DNA from: a virus
Taxonomy: Duplodnaviria > Caudoviricetes
Reading direction: 5' to 3' (one strand)
IMG/VR virus record: IMGVR_UViG_3300042691_031247
DNA length: 64,000 bases
Made by a program: the position numbers and the translations under genes. Below are positions 27,804 to 37,798 of the stretch, piece after piece. Position 1 is the stretch's first letter; every line of letters begins with the position of its first letter. The notes beneath the pieces were generated by a model. It worked only from the letters and a program-made list of their open reading frames with translations, had not been told where the DNA came from and did no database searches.

Positions 27804-27856
27804 AAAAAAAGAGATTGCATAGGGGCGGGTGTTTGCCCGCCCCTATGCGTAATCTC
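27804..27856 (-). terminator. Rho-independent terminator
   Basis: Minus strand GAGATT-AC-GCATAGGGGCGGG-CAAACA-CCCGCCCCTATGC-AATCTC followed by T7, just after stop at 27864. Confidence 0.85.
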
Positions 27857-27863
27857 GTTTCAG

Positions 27864-29237
27864 CTAGCGGGTGAAACCTTTTGGCTTTCGTTTTCCGCGT
27901 AGCTTATTTAGCCGGTTAGTAAGCTGCGCAATAAGCTTTGCACGTTCTTTTTCGTCCGTTATTTCTGGTGCTTCGTAAAGCAACCTACGGAGATCTGGCG
28001 GGCAGTCTGGCCACGTTCCGGTTTTTGCCATGGGTCGCGGCACGCTCTGCTTATACACCTCTAAAATTGCTGCTGCGTAGGACAGGTATCGGATGTTCTC
28101 GCCGCGGCCTACGTCTTTGGCCGGAACGTCAAGGATTACGCAGATACGCTCCTTGGACATTGTCGCTTCCTGCTCATTGACCCGGGTATGGAAATCAGGC
28201 CGGCTCATGACGTGCACAAGTCCTACGTTGTGCAGATAGCCGGGAATGATTTTCAGGCTTGCCAGCGCAGTTAAGCCGCCAAAAAAGTTGGGCTTGAGCG
28301 ACGCTTTGTTCCCGTAAATACCAACGCAGTCTGGGTTAGATACCAGCTCTAGCGCTCTGCGCACAGCTTTTTCGGTGCCAAATGGTAGCTGATTATTTGC
28401 GCCGTCAATTAAACGGCGCAGGATGTCTCCGTTATGAAAGTATTCCCAGCCACGCTTGCCCTTTGGCGCCGCGGCGTTGAAGCCGTACTCGGCTGCAACT
28501 TCCACGGCATAAATGGCCGCCTCGTTTTCAGCTACCACTACGTTGCGCCAGCTGTCGCGCTTCGCCATTGGCCTGACGCCTTCGTCGTTTTGGTTGCCAA
28601 AAGACGTTGCCAGATCCGCGAGCGTTTCGGACACCGACACCGTAACTGGAATCTTGATAGGTTCTTTGCCTGTGCGCAAATCTGCCGGCCGGCGAGCGTA
28701 CGCACGCTCCAGACAGATCGTGCGCGAATGCCAGCCGTTGGTGACATAAAAGTGCACGTCAACAAGCTTGCCTGCGTCGTCATATACCGGCATCACGCTG
28801 ACGCGCGGCGGATTGGCGCTAGCTTCGTCGTACGTCTGTAAGATGTGGCCGATGTGGCCAAGATCTACGGCGCGCTCGCGACCGACTTCGCCGGGCGGAA
28901 ACTCAAGCATCGTCCACGGAATCGGCATTGACACATATCCCGTGTCAACTACGTCCTTGGGCGTGTTTCTGAGCAATCCTAAGACTTCGCGCAACACCGC
29001 GAGCCGCGCCTTTGCCGGTGCCCGAAGATTATTGGGCACGTTTTCGAGCACGTCTCGATACAGCGCTTTAAATACGCCGCTTGTACCCTTTTTGTTGTTG
29101 CGCCACGCTAGCGGCTTTTCGTGCTGCTTTTTTACGGCCTTCTTTGCCGCGTCGCCGAGCTTGACTTTTCGTGCAGCTCGTGACTTTTTGTTGTCGTCGC
29201 CGGGGTTGCCCGCGGCTGCGTTTGTCTTTTTTGCCAT
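27864..29237 (-). CDS. ParB/Srx-fold (DUF6551-like) protein with Lys-rich N-terminus
   Basis: RERAVDLGHIGHI...PRVSV...YVTNGWHS...IPVTV...F..QN...RPMAKRD pattern. Confidence 0.55.
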   Translation of the reverse strand: MAKKTNAAAGNPGDDNKKSRAARKVKLGDAAKKAVKKQHEKPLAWRNNKKGTSGVFKALYRDVLENVPNNLRAPAKARLAVLREVLGLLRNTPKDVVDTGYVSMPIPWTMLEFPPGEVGRERAVDLGHIGHILQTYDEASANPPRVSVMPVYDDAGKLVDVHFYVTNGWHSRTICLERAYARRPADLRTGKEPIKIPVTVSVSETLADLATSFGNQNDEGVRPMAKRDSWRNVVVAENEAAIYAVEVAAEYGFNAAAPKGKRGWEYFHNGDILRRLIDGANNQLPFGTEKAVRRALELVSNPDCVGIYGNKASLKPNFFGGLTALASLKIIPGYLHNVGLVHVMSRPDFHTRVNEQEATMSKERICVILDVPAKDVGRGENIRYLSYAAAILEVYKQSVPRPMAKTGTWPDCPPDLRRLLYEAPEITDEKERAKLIAQLTNRLNKLRGKRKPKGFTR

Positions 29238-29252
29238 GTTATCTCCTTGTAA

Positions 29253-29594
29253 TTAGGTTGCAGCTACTTCCGGTTTGCTGTTGCTGGGTTCTGGTTCTGC
29301 CGGCACTTCCGCTTCCGGCAGCGTGTCGTACAAGCCCATCTCCACGTCGAGAATCATGGGATTGGGCACGTCCGGGCCGCCATAAATCAAGCAGCGGACG
29401 TGCGGATCAGCGGGCTTACCGGCGATGTGCTCATGCAGCATCGAGAACGTGATGATATAAAACCGTTCTTCCGGCAGTCGGTCGATGAGGTCCTGCGGTA
29501 GCGAGCGATTGTATTTCATCACGTCGCGCGAGATGTGATTAATCCGGTTAAGAAATTCTTTGTTCAGATACTTGTACTTTTTGGTGTCAGTCAT
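29253..29594 (-). CDS. hypothetical protein
   Basis: 113-aa ORF, tight packing. Confidence 0.65.
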   Translation of the reverse strand: MTDTKKYKYLNKEFLNRINHISRDVMKYNRSLPQDLIDRLPEERFYIITFSMLHEHIAGKPADPHVRCLIYGGPDVPNPMILDVEMGLYDTLPEAEVPAEPEPSNSKPEVAAT

Positions 29595-29599
29595 TGCTG

Positions 29600-29854
29600 T
29601 TAGCGTTTACGCTCCTGCTGCGCGTTGTGAAATTTGATGATGGCGTCAGCGGCTTGCTTAGATTCGCTGTCGCTGTAGCCTTCTAGCTTGAAACGCTCTG
29701 TGACGTACCGATGCTCGAATGACGACTGATTAGGCGTAGACGGCGCTGTTCTCTGCGTCGTATTGCTTGACCCAATAAATGACGCGATAATCACAATGAT
29801 TAATCCGACAATAAAAATGGGACCCAAGCCGTTGCTGCTGTTGTTTTGATTCAT
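29600..29854 (-). CDS. small membrane-anchored protein
   Basis: N-terminal hydrophobic helix PIFIVGLIIVIIASFIG. Confidence 0.65.
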   Translation of the reverse strand: MNQNNSSNGLGPIFIVGLIIVIIASFIGSSNTTQRTAPSTPNQSSFEHRYVTERFKLEGYSDSESKQAADAIIKFHNAQQERKR

Positions 29855-30195
29855 GCGTTTGCCTTTCTGTGCGCTTTGTCTAGCGCGTCAATTGCCTTTG
29901 TTAGCTCGGGCATCCGTTCATCCTCTTCAAACATTCCGTCGCCTTTTGTGTTGGCTTCGTACACGGTCTCGTCGCCGCAGTCTGGGTAGTCAGCGCGAAA
30001 GTAGCCGTGACGCAAACGTAGGTACCCGGCGTGTTCGCCTTCGCTATCAAACACGTCGTACTGCTCGGGGCACGCCACAGAGGTTTGCTTAAGCGTGTAA
30101 CCGCCGATGCAAAGATCGGGCTCGTCCCAGTTGGGGTCATTCTGCGCCATTTGGGGGCTCCATGCCGCTAGTGATGATGTTGGGAAATTGCTCAC
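29851..30195 (-). CDS. conserved phage protein (CPEQYD family)
   Basis: ACPEQYDVF...GYLRLRHG.F motif. Confidence 0.7.
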   Translation of the reverse strand: MSNFPTSSLAAWSPQMAQNDPNWDEPDLCIGGYTLKQTSVACPEQYDVFDSEGEHAGYLRLRHGYFRADYPDCGDETVYEANTKGDGMFEEDERMPELTKAIDALDKAHRKANA

Positions 30196-30400
30196 GAAAT
30201 TGCTTTTTGGTCCAGAAGATATCTTTATGCCCTTCGGCGGCCAGTTCCATTTCGCACTCCATAGGGTAGTGCCGAAGGACGCTCAATGCCCGCTGGCGAA
30301 TTGCTTTCGGGACCTTTGGTGTTTTTTTTGGATCTAATAGGTCGCGCATAAACTCGCGGGCGTATTGTACGGCTCTAAAGCGCTCGTCGGGCATTGTCAT
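30137..30400 (-). CDS. conserved phage protein (MTxPDER, BPSL0761-like)
   Basis: MTMPDERFRAV...PKVPKAIRQRA...LRHYP; start reassigned to 30400. Confidence 0.7.
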   Translation of the reverse strand: MTMPDERFRAVQYAREFMRDLLDPKKTPKVPKAIRQRALSVLRHYPMECEMELAAEGHKDIFWTKKQFREQFPNIITSGMEPPNGAE

Positions 30401-30402
30401 TT

Positions 30403-30606
30403 TTAATCTCCTGTTTCGTCGTCGTCTTCTTCTTCGCCGTCTCGGTAGTAGCCCTCGCGTGCGTCGACCAACTCCATAACGCACACCGAATGCTCTACGA
30501 TATTTTGGTCGTCAATCCAATCTTGCGCTTGCGCGTCATCGGCAAACGGGCCGTGAATTGAATATCCCATATCAGGATTACCAATTACGGCAACATATTG
30601 CGTCAT
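30403..30606 (-). CDS. small acidic protein
   Basis: HGPFADDAQAQDW; 4-nt overlap upstream. Confidence 0.6.
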   Translation of the reverse strand: MTQYVAVIGNPDMGYSIHGPFADDAQAQDWIDDQNIVEHSVCVMELVDAREGYYRDGEEEDDDETGD

Positions 30607-31052
30607 TCGCTCTCCTTTGGCTCGTTTTCAAGTTCATCGCCGCTGCTCTTTTTTATCGGCGTGTATCCGTTCTTTTCAGCCTCAGCCGGCGACAGCGTGC
30701 GCAGCCAGTATCCAGTCGAGCACAGCTGCCCGCGTTCGCCTGTGACTTCGCAAATTTTGTACGACATAGCTTCTGCCATGCTGCACACGCCAGACGTGAA
30801 CTCGTCTCCGCCGTAACTGTACAAACGCAACCCGCCAAACTTTTCTTTGATTTGGCTGAAACGAAAAGGAGGGCATTCTGGTCTGTATTTAATGTGATTC
30901 TGAATCACACTGCACGCGGTATAGATCAAATCAAACCAACCGTCGGAGCACTCACAGCCGAAACAGATCAGGGTTTCTGTTGGCGGTTTGTCGTGATCTT
31001 TGAACAGATCCGGGAACTCCGCGATAAGCCGCTGTTCAAGTTCGTCTCTCAT
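30603..31052 (-). CDS. conserved phage protein (QIKEKFGGLR family)
   Basis: ECSDGWFDLI...QIKEKFGGLRLY...CEVTG. Confidence 0.75.
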   Translation of the reverse strand: MRDELEQRLIAEFPDLFKDHDKPPTETLICFGCECSDGWFDLIYTACSVIQNHIKYRPECPPFRFSQIKEKFGGLRLYSYGGDEFTSGVCSMAEAMSYKICEVTGERGQLCSTGYWLRTLSPAEAEKNGYTPIKKSSGDELENEPKESE

Positions 31053-33201
31053 TTTTTCCGTCCTTGGGTTTACGTTTCTTTACCGGTTTTTCTACCGTTC
31101 GTTCAAATTTTCGCAGCAGGTCAGTTACGGCGTCTTGTACGTCAAACGTTTTGCCCAGCTCGTCAAATGCAGATGGTTCGGGTAGGTACGGGTCTTCTTT
31201 GCCTTCTTTAAGCGCGGCGTTGTACTCCCGGATTAGTTCAATTTTGCGCGAGCCGAGCGCAGTGTTAACAACCCGGAGGGCTTCGTAGACCAGCTGTGCT
31301 TCTTGCGCGGTGAGTTTCATGTTACTCCGCCATTGCTACAACGCGGCGTCGGTTTTTCTTTTCGGTCAACGTTGCCGGTTCAACGTGTTTGAGTTGTGAC
31401 CCCGGAATCAGCGCGGCCATGTGGTGCAGAAACGTCTGTTCAAACTCGTCTTTAGTCAGGTCAGAGTAGGTGCCCATGCTACCTTTGTGGTACACCATCT
31501 CGCCGCGGTAGAGCAGCTTGCCTTCCTTGGTCATTCTGCATTTCCACGAGCACAAACAACCAGACCGCCGATTCCACACCTCAAGCCCGACTATGACGTC
31601 TTCTTTTCTGACGTATTTGCCGCACTTACCGACCGGGATTTCTAGCTCTTCGAGATCCTGATCGTAGTGCGGGACAATGATATCTTTGGCGCTGTCCCAA
31701 ACCGCTGGGATACATGTGTCCATAAAAGCCGCGTGCTGCCGGGCGAGCTGGTCGTCTTTCTTTTTTTCTTTAGCTATCAGCTCGTCGCAAATTTTTCTTT
31801 GCTGAGCCACGATCAAGCCTAAAAGCTCATGGTTTTGTTGTTCCACTTTTGTCCTCAATGACATCCCAGCCAATGTGCCCGAATACTCTTTTGGTGGCGC
31901 GAAAATCGTCACCATTGTCTAGCCCGGGCACTATCAGCACGAGGGTTTTGTTTTTCTTATCAATGCGAAACGTGGTGCCAGATCTGGGTATTCCCCACAC
32001 AGCGTCTTGCGCCGTGACCGCCACGAGATTACGGCACCAGTTCAGTACGGCTTCAGACGGATGATCCAGCTCAAAATTGTCATTGAGCGCTACCATCGGG
32101 TTTCGTTTCTCCGGCGGTCAAGGGTTCAGTTTTAAAGTAGTTGTTAGCAGCCGCGGCTCGAATATAGTCTCCAACCAAAAGGTCGTGACCAACCTCAATA
32201 AAAGCAAATTTGCGCAGCGTATCTTCCATGTACTCAGCGTCTATAACGAGCGTGTCGGGCCACGACGCGGCTTCTTCGGCGTATAGCTGGTCTGCGCCGT
32301 TGGCTTTGTAAAACTTTATTACTTCGTTACGGTAGACCTCTTCTGCCGCGGGCCCGCGTAAAATTTTGGCTTCAACAGCTGCCTCTGCGCTATTGTCGTC
32401 CTCGTCGTGCACTGCGGCGAGCCGGAGCGTGCAAAGGCAGCTCGAAAGCTGCGCTATGATCGTTGACACCATTTCGTCGTCTTGGTTTTCGCAGAAGCTG
32501 CTCGCAAACGCGCGCATCAGCAGTTCTTCGATAATTTCCGCTGTTACGGGTTCTTTGTTTGCAACTAGATAATGCAGCCGTAAATCTTCTTTGCTCATAC
32601 AGAACTCGCTTCTGGTTTGGGGTCAAGGCGTTTGTGCAGCTCATCGCGCCATACGTACGCCTGCGAACCGCGCCCAAACTTTGTCGGGCAATTGATATCA
32701 AAATCTCGGATCATGCTAGATAGTGCGTCCAGCCCGTAGATACCGCGCATCTGGTTGACTGGCTTACCGTCAGGGCCGGAGATGGTGTATTTTGGATTGC
32801 TGAAGTCACTCTCATAAATCGTGGTGCAGCGCTCGACCATTTCTTGCGGCACGCCGACATCCAAAAACGCCTGCGGGTCAAATATTGTGTGGCCGTCGCA
32901 TATGTCTGCGGCGGCGAGCACAATGTGCGCAGGAATATCGGTCCATTTGATTGTGTGGGCTTCAGTCATCTGTTTGCTCCTCGCATACGCTGTCGTAGTT
33001 TTGCTCGTCGTCGCTGCTGAGTCCTTCGTATTCGGTAATGCAGCCGCCACACACGAGCCGATTGACCCATCGATGCGCGTCGTCTATGTCGATCTCTTCA
33101 CCGCAAGCAGCGCACGGAATAATCGTTTCTTCTAGGTAGGCTAGCAAGTTTTCTTCGTCCTGCAACGCCGCGTCTTCGATCGTGTCGTGGATAGAGTGCA
33201 T
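31036..33201 (-). other. run of six small hypothetical minus-strand genes (31036-31320, 31322-ca.31858, 31827-32096, 32080-32598, 32595-32969, 32962-33201)
   Basis: Head-to-tail ORFs with short overlaps; no recognisable motifs except CxxC...CxxC in the last. Confidence 0.6.
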
Positions 33202-33215
33202 GGTTGTTCCCCTAG

Positions 33216-33250
33216 TGCCCGGGCGGTAGTTTTTGGCTACCGCCCGGGCA
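33216..33250. promoter_or_regulatory. perfect 14-bp inverted repeat in intergenic gap
   Basis: TGCCCGGGCGGTAG-TTTTTGG-CTACCGCCCGGGCA; no U-tract on the coding strand. Confidence 0.6.
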
Positions 33251-33268
33251 GTGGCTTCGGTTTAGATA

Positions 33269-33892
33269 TCAGTCCCACACGCGGATGACGGTGTTGTCCC
33301 GTGCAACCGTACGCTGGTATGTGATCCTATATGTGCCCGGCGGCAACAGCCAGTCGCCGTGTTCCGGGTGCGCGATCGTGTTAGCCTTGGTCAGCCTGAG
33401 AATCGGGCCAGCGAACGCAAGCATCGTGGTGGCGTCCTGCGCCGTCAACCGGTTTGTCGGCGCGGCCGGGTTGGCGCGACGTTCGGCCCACTCGGCTTCC
33501 TGCAGCCTCGGCCGCCAGTTTGGCTCAGCCGTGGAGATCCCGCGCATTTCGGCGAGTTGTGCAAACATCTCGCGGGAGCCAGCCTCAACCGGGCTGTAAA
33601 CAGTGACGCCGTCTCCGTGAGCCAGACAGTGTCGGCTACCCTTGGTGTTACCCTCGGCAAGCTGAAGCGGAAATACCGGGTGCAGCGTACGCGTGTAGAG
33701 CAGCGGCGTTTCCGAAATGTCATCAATCTTCTGAATGTAAATATCGCCCTGTCGAACAGCATCGCCGACGCTAGCCGCTTCGGGAAACTGCTGCGGGGCG
33801 TCGTTCTTAATCTGCTCAACAGCCGCGGCGGCAGCACGAAGCCGCACCACCGTGGCATGCGAAACCGGGGCGTCAATAACAGCGGTACTCAT
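33269..33892 (-). CDS. RQGD-motif protein, usual partner of DUF6745
   Basis: VRQGDIYI...LAEG.T.GSRH...HPEHG...LPPGTYRI.YQR; start reassigned to MSTAVID. Confidence 0.75.
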   Translation of the reverse strand: MSTAVIDAPVSHATVVRLRAAAAAVEQIKNDAPQQFPEAASVGDAVRQGDIYIQKIDDISETPLLYTRTLHPVFPLQLAEGNTKGSRHCLAHGDGVTVYSPVEAGSREMFAQLAEMRGISTAEPNWRPRLQEAEWAERRANPAAPTNRLTAQDATTMLAFAGPILRLTKANTIAHPEHGDWLLPPGTYRITYQRTVARDNTVIRVWD

Positions 33893-33912
33893 GAAAAACT
33901 CCTTTGGTTGAT

Positions 33913-35376
33913 TTACGATGCGCCAATAACCCGAACCCGATTGGCAGCGTACGAAACACTCGAAGTGGTTCCGGCGTCTGCCATCCAACCCTGCGCTTCA
34001 ACGCAGGTGCTAATATCTCGCGGCACGCTGATGAAATACCGCCGCCCAGTAGAACGGCAGAACAACACCATCCGGTTTTGACCGGTTCTGTTTTCTTGTC
34101 CGCGCGGCGGACCAACCAGCATCTCGGTCGTGTTATCAATATCGTTAACACGGCTATCAAGAACTGGGCAGTCTGCCTCTGCAATAAAGCGATCCCAGCC
34201 GAAACGCTCGATGGCCAGCCGGCGTGTTTCCTCGTTACGAATGCGCATGATGTGCGCCGTCGACAGTTGCTCCGGTTTTGCGACAATCATCCGGCCGCCT
34301 TCGTTCATGAAGTGCCCGTCGTTGAACCATAGCTTTACGCCGTCGGCCCACTGTACTGCCGGTCCGGTCGTGCTGTGCAAATTGTCCGACTCGTTCAGCG
34401 TGATGCGCGGACGATCGGCAAGGATGATGCACGACGACTGGAACGCGGCAAACGCCGTGCAGTGGTGGAACACTTCGTGCTCCCACGTAGTCGCTGGGTC
34501 ATCGATCTTTAGGATCTTGCACAGAATTTCGGCGTCAAGCGCCTGCGGCACGCTGCCCAGAAACACGTTGTCGTCAGAAATTGAATTAGTCGGGTTGGTT
34601 AATTCGTTTATGGACATGGCGCGATTCAGCTCGCCAATTGACCCCGCGGTCGAGCTGCTGTCAAAAATAATCTTGCCGCTAATTTCAGACAGCTTCTTTT
34701 CCGTCTTTAATACTTCGTTGTTGCGCATTGTTCCGTCCCAACTACGAAAACGCTCTGTGATAGCTTCTAGGCCGACGGTGTCGTTGAGCATAGATCGAAA
34801 AAGATTGACTGTGGTGGTCAAGTTGTTTGTCTTGTACATGACAACATCTTCTACGCCTTCGCCGCGGCTTCGCCACCAGCGACGACTTAACCCAAACGAA
34901 GTCGCTATGAGGTTTTCACTTGTCATGTACTCTTCGCGAATTGCCCGCAACCACGTTCGGGTAAACTCGTTGTTTTGCATGTTGCTCCACCAACGCCGGC
35001 GATCGCTATTCCAGCCGAGCAACGAGTCTTTACGCAGCGGGATAACAAACGCGCTGTCGATTTCAAGCTCGCGACACAGCTCTTTTGCGTATGTCTTTGT
35101 CATCCGTCCGCGCACTACCGCCATCGAAATCATGAACGTCACCGGCGACGAGGCGACGTGAAAAGTTACAGGGCTTTTCTTGTGGCGGTCCGAGCGAAAA
35201 GAACCCAAACCACCGGCATAACCGGCGCGAAGTATTTCCGCAGCTTTAGCGTGGCTGGGTTGGCCGTTGTGAATAGTTTCAAGCCAGCGATTGATCGTGT
35301 TTTCAACAATGGTTCGAGTTGCTTTGGAGATCTTAGATTTCATGTTAGGTAGTGGTTGCCATGATGGGGTCAACAA
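33913..35376 (-). CDS. DUF6745-domain protein
   Basis: LHSTTGPAVQWADG..LWF..G, I.NEE.RRLAIERFGWDRF, C.STGRRYF..VP..I.TC.EA..W. Confidence 0.75.
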   Translation of the reverse strand: MLTPSWQPLPNMKSKISKATRTIVENTINRWLETIHNGQPSHAKAAEILRAGYAGGLGSFRSDRHKKSPVTFHVASSPVTFMISMAVVRGRMTKTYAKELCRELEIDSAFVIPLRKDSLLGWNSDRRRWWSNMQNNEFTRTWLRAIREEYMTSENLIATSFGLSRRWWRSRGEGVEDVVMYKTNNLTTTVNLFRSMLNDTVGLEAITERFRSWDGTMRNNEVLKTEKKLSEISGKIIFDSSSTAGSIGELNRAMSINELTNPTNSISDDNVFLGSVPQALDAEILCKILKIDDPATTWEHEVFHHCTAFAAFQSSCIILADRPRITLNESDNLHSTTGPAVQWADGVKLWFNDGHFMNEGGRMIVAKPEQLSTAHIMRIRNEETRRLAIERFGWDRFIAEADCPVLDSRVNDIDNTTEMLVGPPRGQENRTGQNRMVLFCRSTGRRYFISVPRDISTCVEAQGWMADAGTTSSVSYAANRVRVIGAS

Positions 35377-35800
35377 ACCCGCAGTTCAGCGTGCTGTCTG
35401 TCAGCACAATTTCAAGTGTTTCAAAGTGATCGCAGTTCTGTACCCAGCTGCGCGGAATATTAATTACTTCGGCAAAGTCATCGCCGCCGACTAATTCTCG
35501 GCTATTGTCGTACCATTCGTCGTCGGTATTTGGGTTGCAGTGTTCGGCGTAAACAACGTGTGAGCCGCTATCGGCGCCGTCGATGTCTCGCGGAATACCG
35601 TTGCTCATGAGGTATACGCCGCGATCGTGTACAAATACCAATCCGGGGCCCACGGGCGTTCGCGTTTCCGGCGGTTCTAACCCAAGCTCGTGAAACTGCT
35701 CGTTCGTCATGTTCTCGTGCCCCATGTCAAACTCTGTTGCTGCGTACGCGTGCTCAAGACAGCGCTTCACTTCTGCAGCTTTAAACCTTAGCGTGCTCAT
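35345..35800 (-). CDS. DUF3085-domain protein
   Basis: LVFVHDRGVYLMSNG...YAEHCNP...GGDDFAE. Confidence 0.8.
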   Translation of the reverse strand: MSTLRFKAAEVKRCLEHAYAATEFDMGHENMTNEQFHELGLEPPETRTPVGPGLVFVHDRGVYLMSNGIPRDIDGADSGSHVVYAEHCNPNTDDEWYDNSRELVGGDDFAEVINIPRSWVQNCDHFETLEIVLTDSTLNCGFVDPIMATTT

Positions 35801-35999
35801 GCTTTAACTCCAGTACCACAAATCCGACAGGGTTACAGTTAGTTAGTTTTTGGGCGTCAATTTCAGCTTCAGCTTTATTGTCGTACACCTTGCCGGGTTC
35901 AACTCCGGCGTCAGCGCACGTCGGCCCGCGATAGGCCCATGGCGCGGTAGGGTTATCAAACGCTCGCGACGACTTCATGATGATGTACTTTGTTGTCAT
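35781..35999 (-). CDS. hypothetical protein
   Basis: Co-oriented, overlapping neighbours. Confidence 0.55.
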   Translation of the reverse strand: MTTKYIIMKSSRAFDNPTAPWAYRGPTCADAGVEPGKVYDNKAEAEIDAQKLTNCNPVGFVVLELKHEHAKV

Positions 36000-36354
36000 T
36001 ATTTAGCTCCTTCTCTAGATTTTTACCTCTTCCAAACATCCACGAGTCGCCGTCTTCTGGTTGAATGCGGCGCAGCCAGTCGGCAACACTGGGGATGCGG
36101 CCAAGGTCTTCGTTGACGTGCTGCTCGCCGATATACCGTACCGGCACGACGCGCCCGTCAGAATTTGTGATTACCTTTCCGAAGATTCGTTCTGATAAGA
36201 AAATCCCTTCGGAGTGGTGCCGCAGCGCGCGATGGCGAAAGTCGGCCATGTGCGCTTTTGATCCATCAAACCATTCGTGGATCGCGAGATAGTCGTCTAC
36301 CTCGCCTCCCCACTTGCGCACTGACGACAGCGCGTGATGGTACGGATGTGCCAT
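35956..36354 (-). CDS. DUF6915-family protein
   Basis: MAHPYHHALSS..KWGG...Y..IH.WFD.SK...D.RHRALRHH.EGIF...EQHV.ED. Confidence 0.8.
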   Translation of the reverse strand: MAHPYHHALSSVRKWGGEVDDYLAIHEWFDGSKAHMADFRHRALRHHSEGIFLSERIFGKVITNSDGRVVPVRYIGEQHVNEDLGRIPSVADWLRRIQPEDGDSWMFGRGKNLEKELNNDNKVHHHEVVASV

Positions 36355-36707
36355 TATTTTTTCGTTGCCTTTTCGATGGCAGCGATCGCGTGGTCAATAA
36401 CGAGTGTCGTATCGTTTTCTGACTCGTCATCTGGGTACAACCGCTCGTATAGCGAGATTAGTTCGTCTTTGGTGTTACGCAACGCTTCCAGTAGCTCTGG
36501 CGCTGCCGCAATTAACCGCGTGTTCGCTGCGTCTTCGTCGGTGACCCTATGGCGACCGAGCGGTTCAAACCCGTTTGGTTCGGTTGGGAAAAAGGTACAG
36601 GTGCTAAACGCAACAATACGCTGCGCGCTTGGCGAATCAATTGCGTGAGCTTCCCAATCTTCTAAATCTACATCGTTTTTTATTACCCACGGGCCGGGTG
36701 TGTGCAT
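36354..36707 (-). CDS. conserved phage protein (HTPGPW...ANARLIAAAP family)
   Basis: MHTPGPW...ANTRLIAAAPELLEAL. Confidence 0.8.
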   Translation of the reverse strand: MHTPGPWVIKNDVDLEDWEAHAIDSPSAQRIVAFSTCTFFPTEPNGFEPLGRHRVTDEDAANTRLIAAAPELLEALRNTKDELISLYERLYPDDESENDTTLVIDHAIAAIEKATKK

Positions 36708-36709
36708 TG

Positions 36710-37209
36710 CTAATCTCCTGTGTACAAGTCAAGCACAGAGGTCAGATCGCTGTGCGTAGCTGACCAGTCCATTTTGTCTTCGGCTATTTCAGAAGAACGT
36801 TCCCAGTCGGCGTCGTCGGGTCTGCCGAACATGTCAGCGCTCCACCAAGCCAGAATGACGCTTTTGACGCCGTTCTTTTTCGCTCGTCTTAGATTGTCAA
36901 TCGCCTCGTCAATAGTCATGCTAGCGGTTTCACTGTTGGTTCGGTTGCGCCTTCTGCAAACTCTATGTCTGCTTCGCCGCGCATCACTTGTTTAATGATG
37001 TTGACGTCGTTGAGCACCCGTTCAATCCACGGCTGCATGTGCAAGATAAGCGGATCGTCAGCCGGCCGCTTTGCCTTATACATCAGCATCATCGACATAC
37101 CCACGACCACCATTTCAAGCGGCGGACAATCAGCGGCCCAGTCGGCGGTATACGTGATTGGCGCCATCACCTCTTTAACGTCTTCTTCTGTCCATTTGCC
37201 CGCGGTCAT
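36710..37209 (-). other. two small hypothetical genes (36710-36919, 36916-37209)
   Basis: Head-to-tail ORFs with 4-nt overlap. Confidence 0.6.
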
Positions 37210-37213
37210 TTAG

Positions 37214-37798
37214 TCACCACTCGTTTTGCGTCGTGGTTGTTTCCATGATGCGCTCGTTGTGCTGGTGCTTGATCTTGCCTTTGAGCGTATCGATTTCAAT
37301 TTCGCCAAAACTACCTTCGTTAATCTCCCAGCCGCCCGGAAGAAGATCCCAAAGCGTATCATAAAACTCCGCAAGCTTTTCGAGCGAAATAATGGGCTTG
37401 GCGTCAGTGCCGGTCGGCGTTGCGTACTGCCGCTTGAACTCTTCGAAATACACTCTGCGGCCGTTTGTCGACGATTCCATGGCTTCGCTGTCGTGCTGCG
37501 CTACGGGGTCGCAGAACCAAAAACAGAGTTCTTGAAAGTCCCCGGAATCGCCGCTGCCGTCATACGAGGCAATTACCCGTGTAACGCCAAGCGCATTAAA
37601 CAGCGGGCAGATTTCTTTAAGCGTTTCAATTGGCGTTTTGACTTTAGTTTTTGCCATGTTAATAAGACGCGTATACCGTACAGGGTTTACCGGTTTTCTT
37701 TTCTTTCTCTTCAGCAAGCGTGACAAAATTTTGAAATGACTCGACCACGCGGTCCGCAAGGTCAGACTGTTCGCCGTATAGTCGCGCTTGCCGTTCAC
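37214..37798 (-). CDS. DUF6878-family protein (true start probably internal, MAKTKV)
   Basis: GV..VIASYDGSGDSG...LPGGWEINEGSFG.I.ID. Confidence 0.75.
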   Translation of the reverse strand: MNGKRDYTANSLTLRTAWSSHFKILSRLLKRKKRKPVNPVRYTRLINMAKTKVKTPIETLKEICPLFNALGVTRVIASYDGSGDSGDFQELCFWFCDPVAQHDSEAMESSTNGRRVYFEEFKRQYATPTGTDAKPIISLEKLAEFYDTLWDLLPGGWEINEGSFGEIEIDTLKGKIKHQHNERIMETTTTQNEW

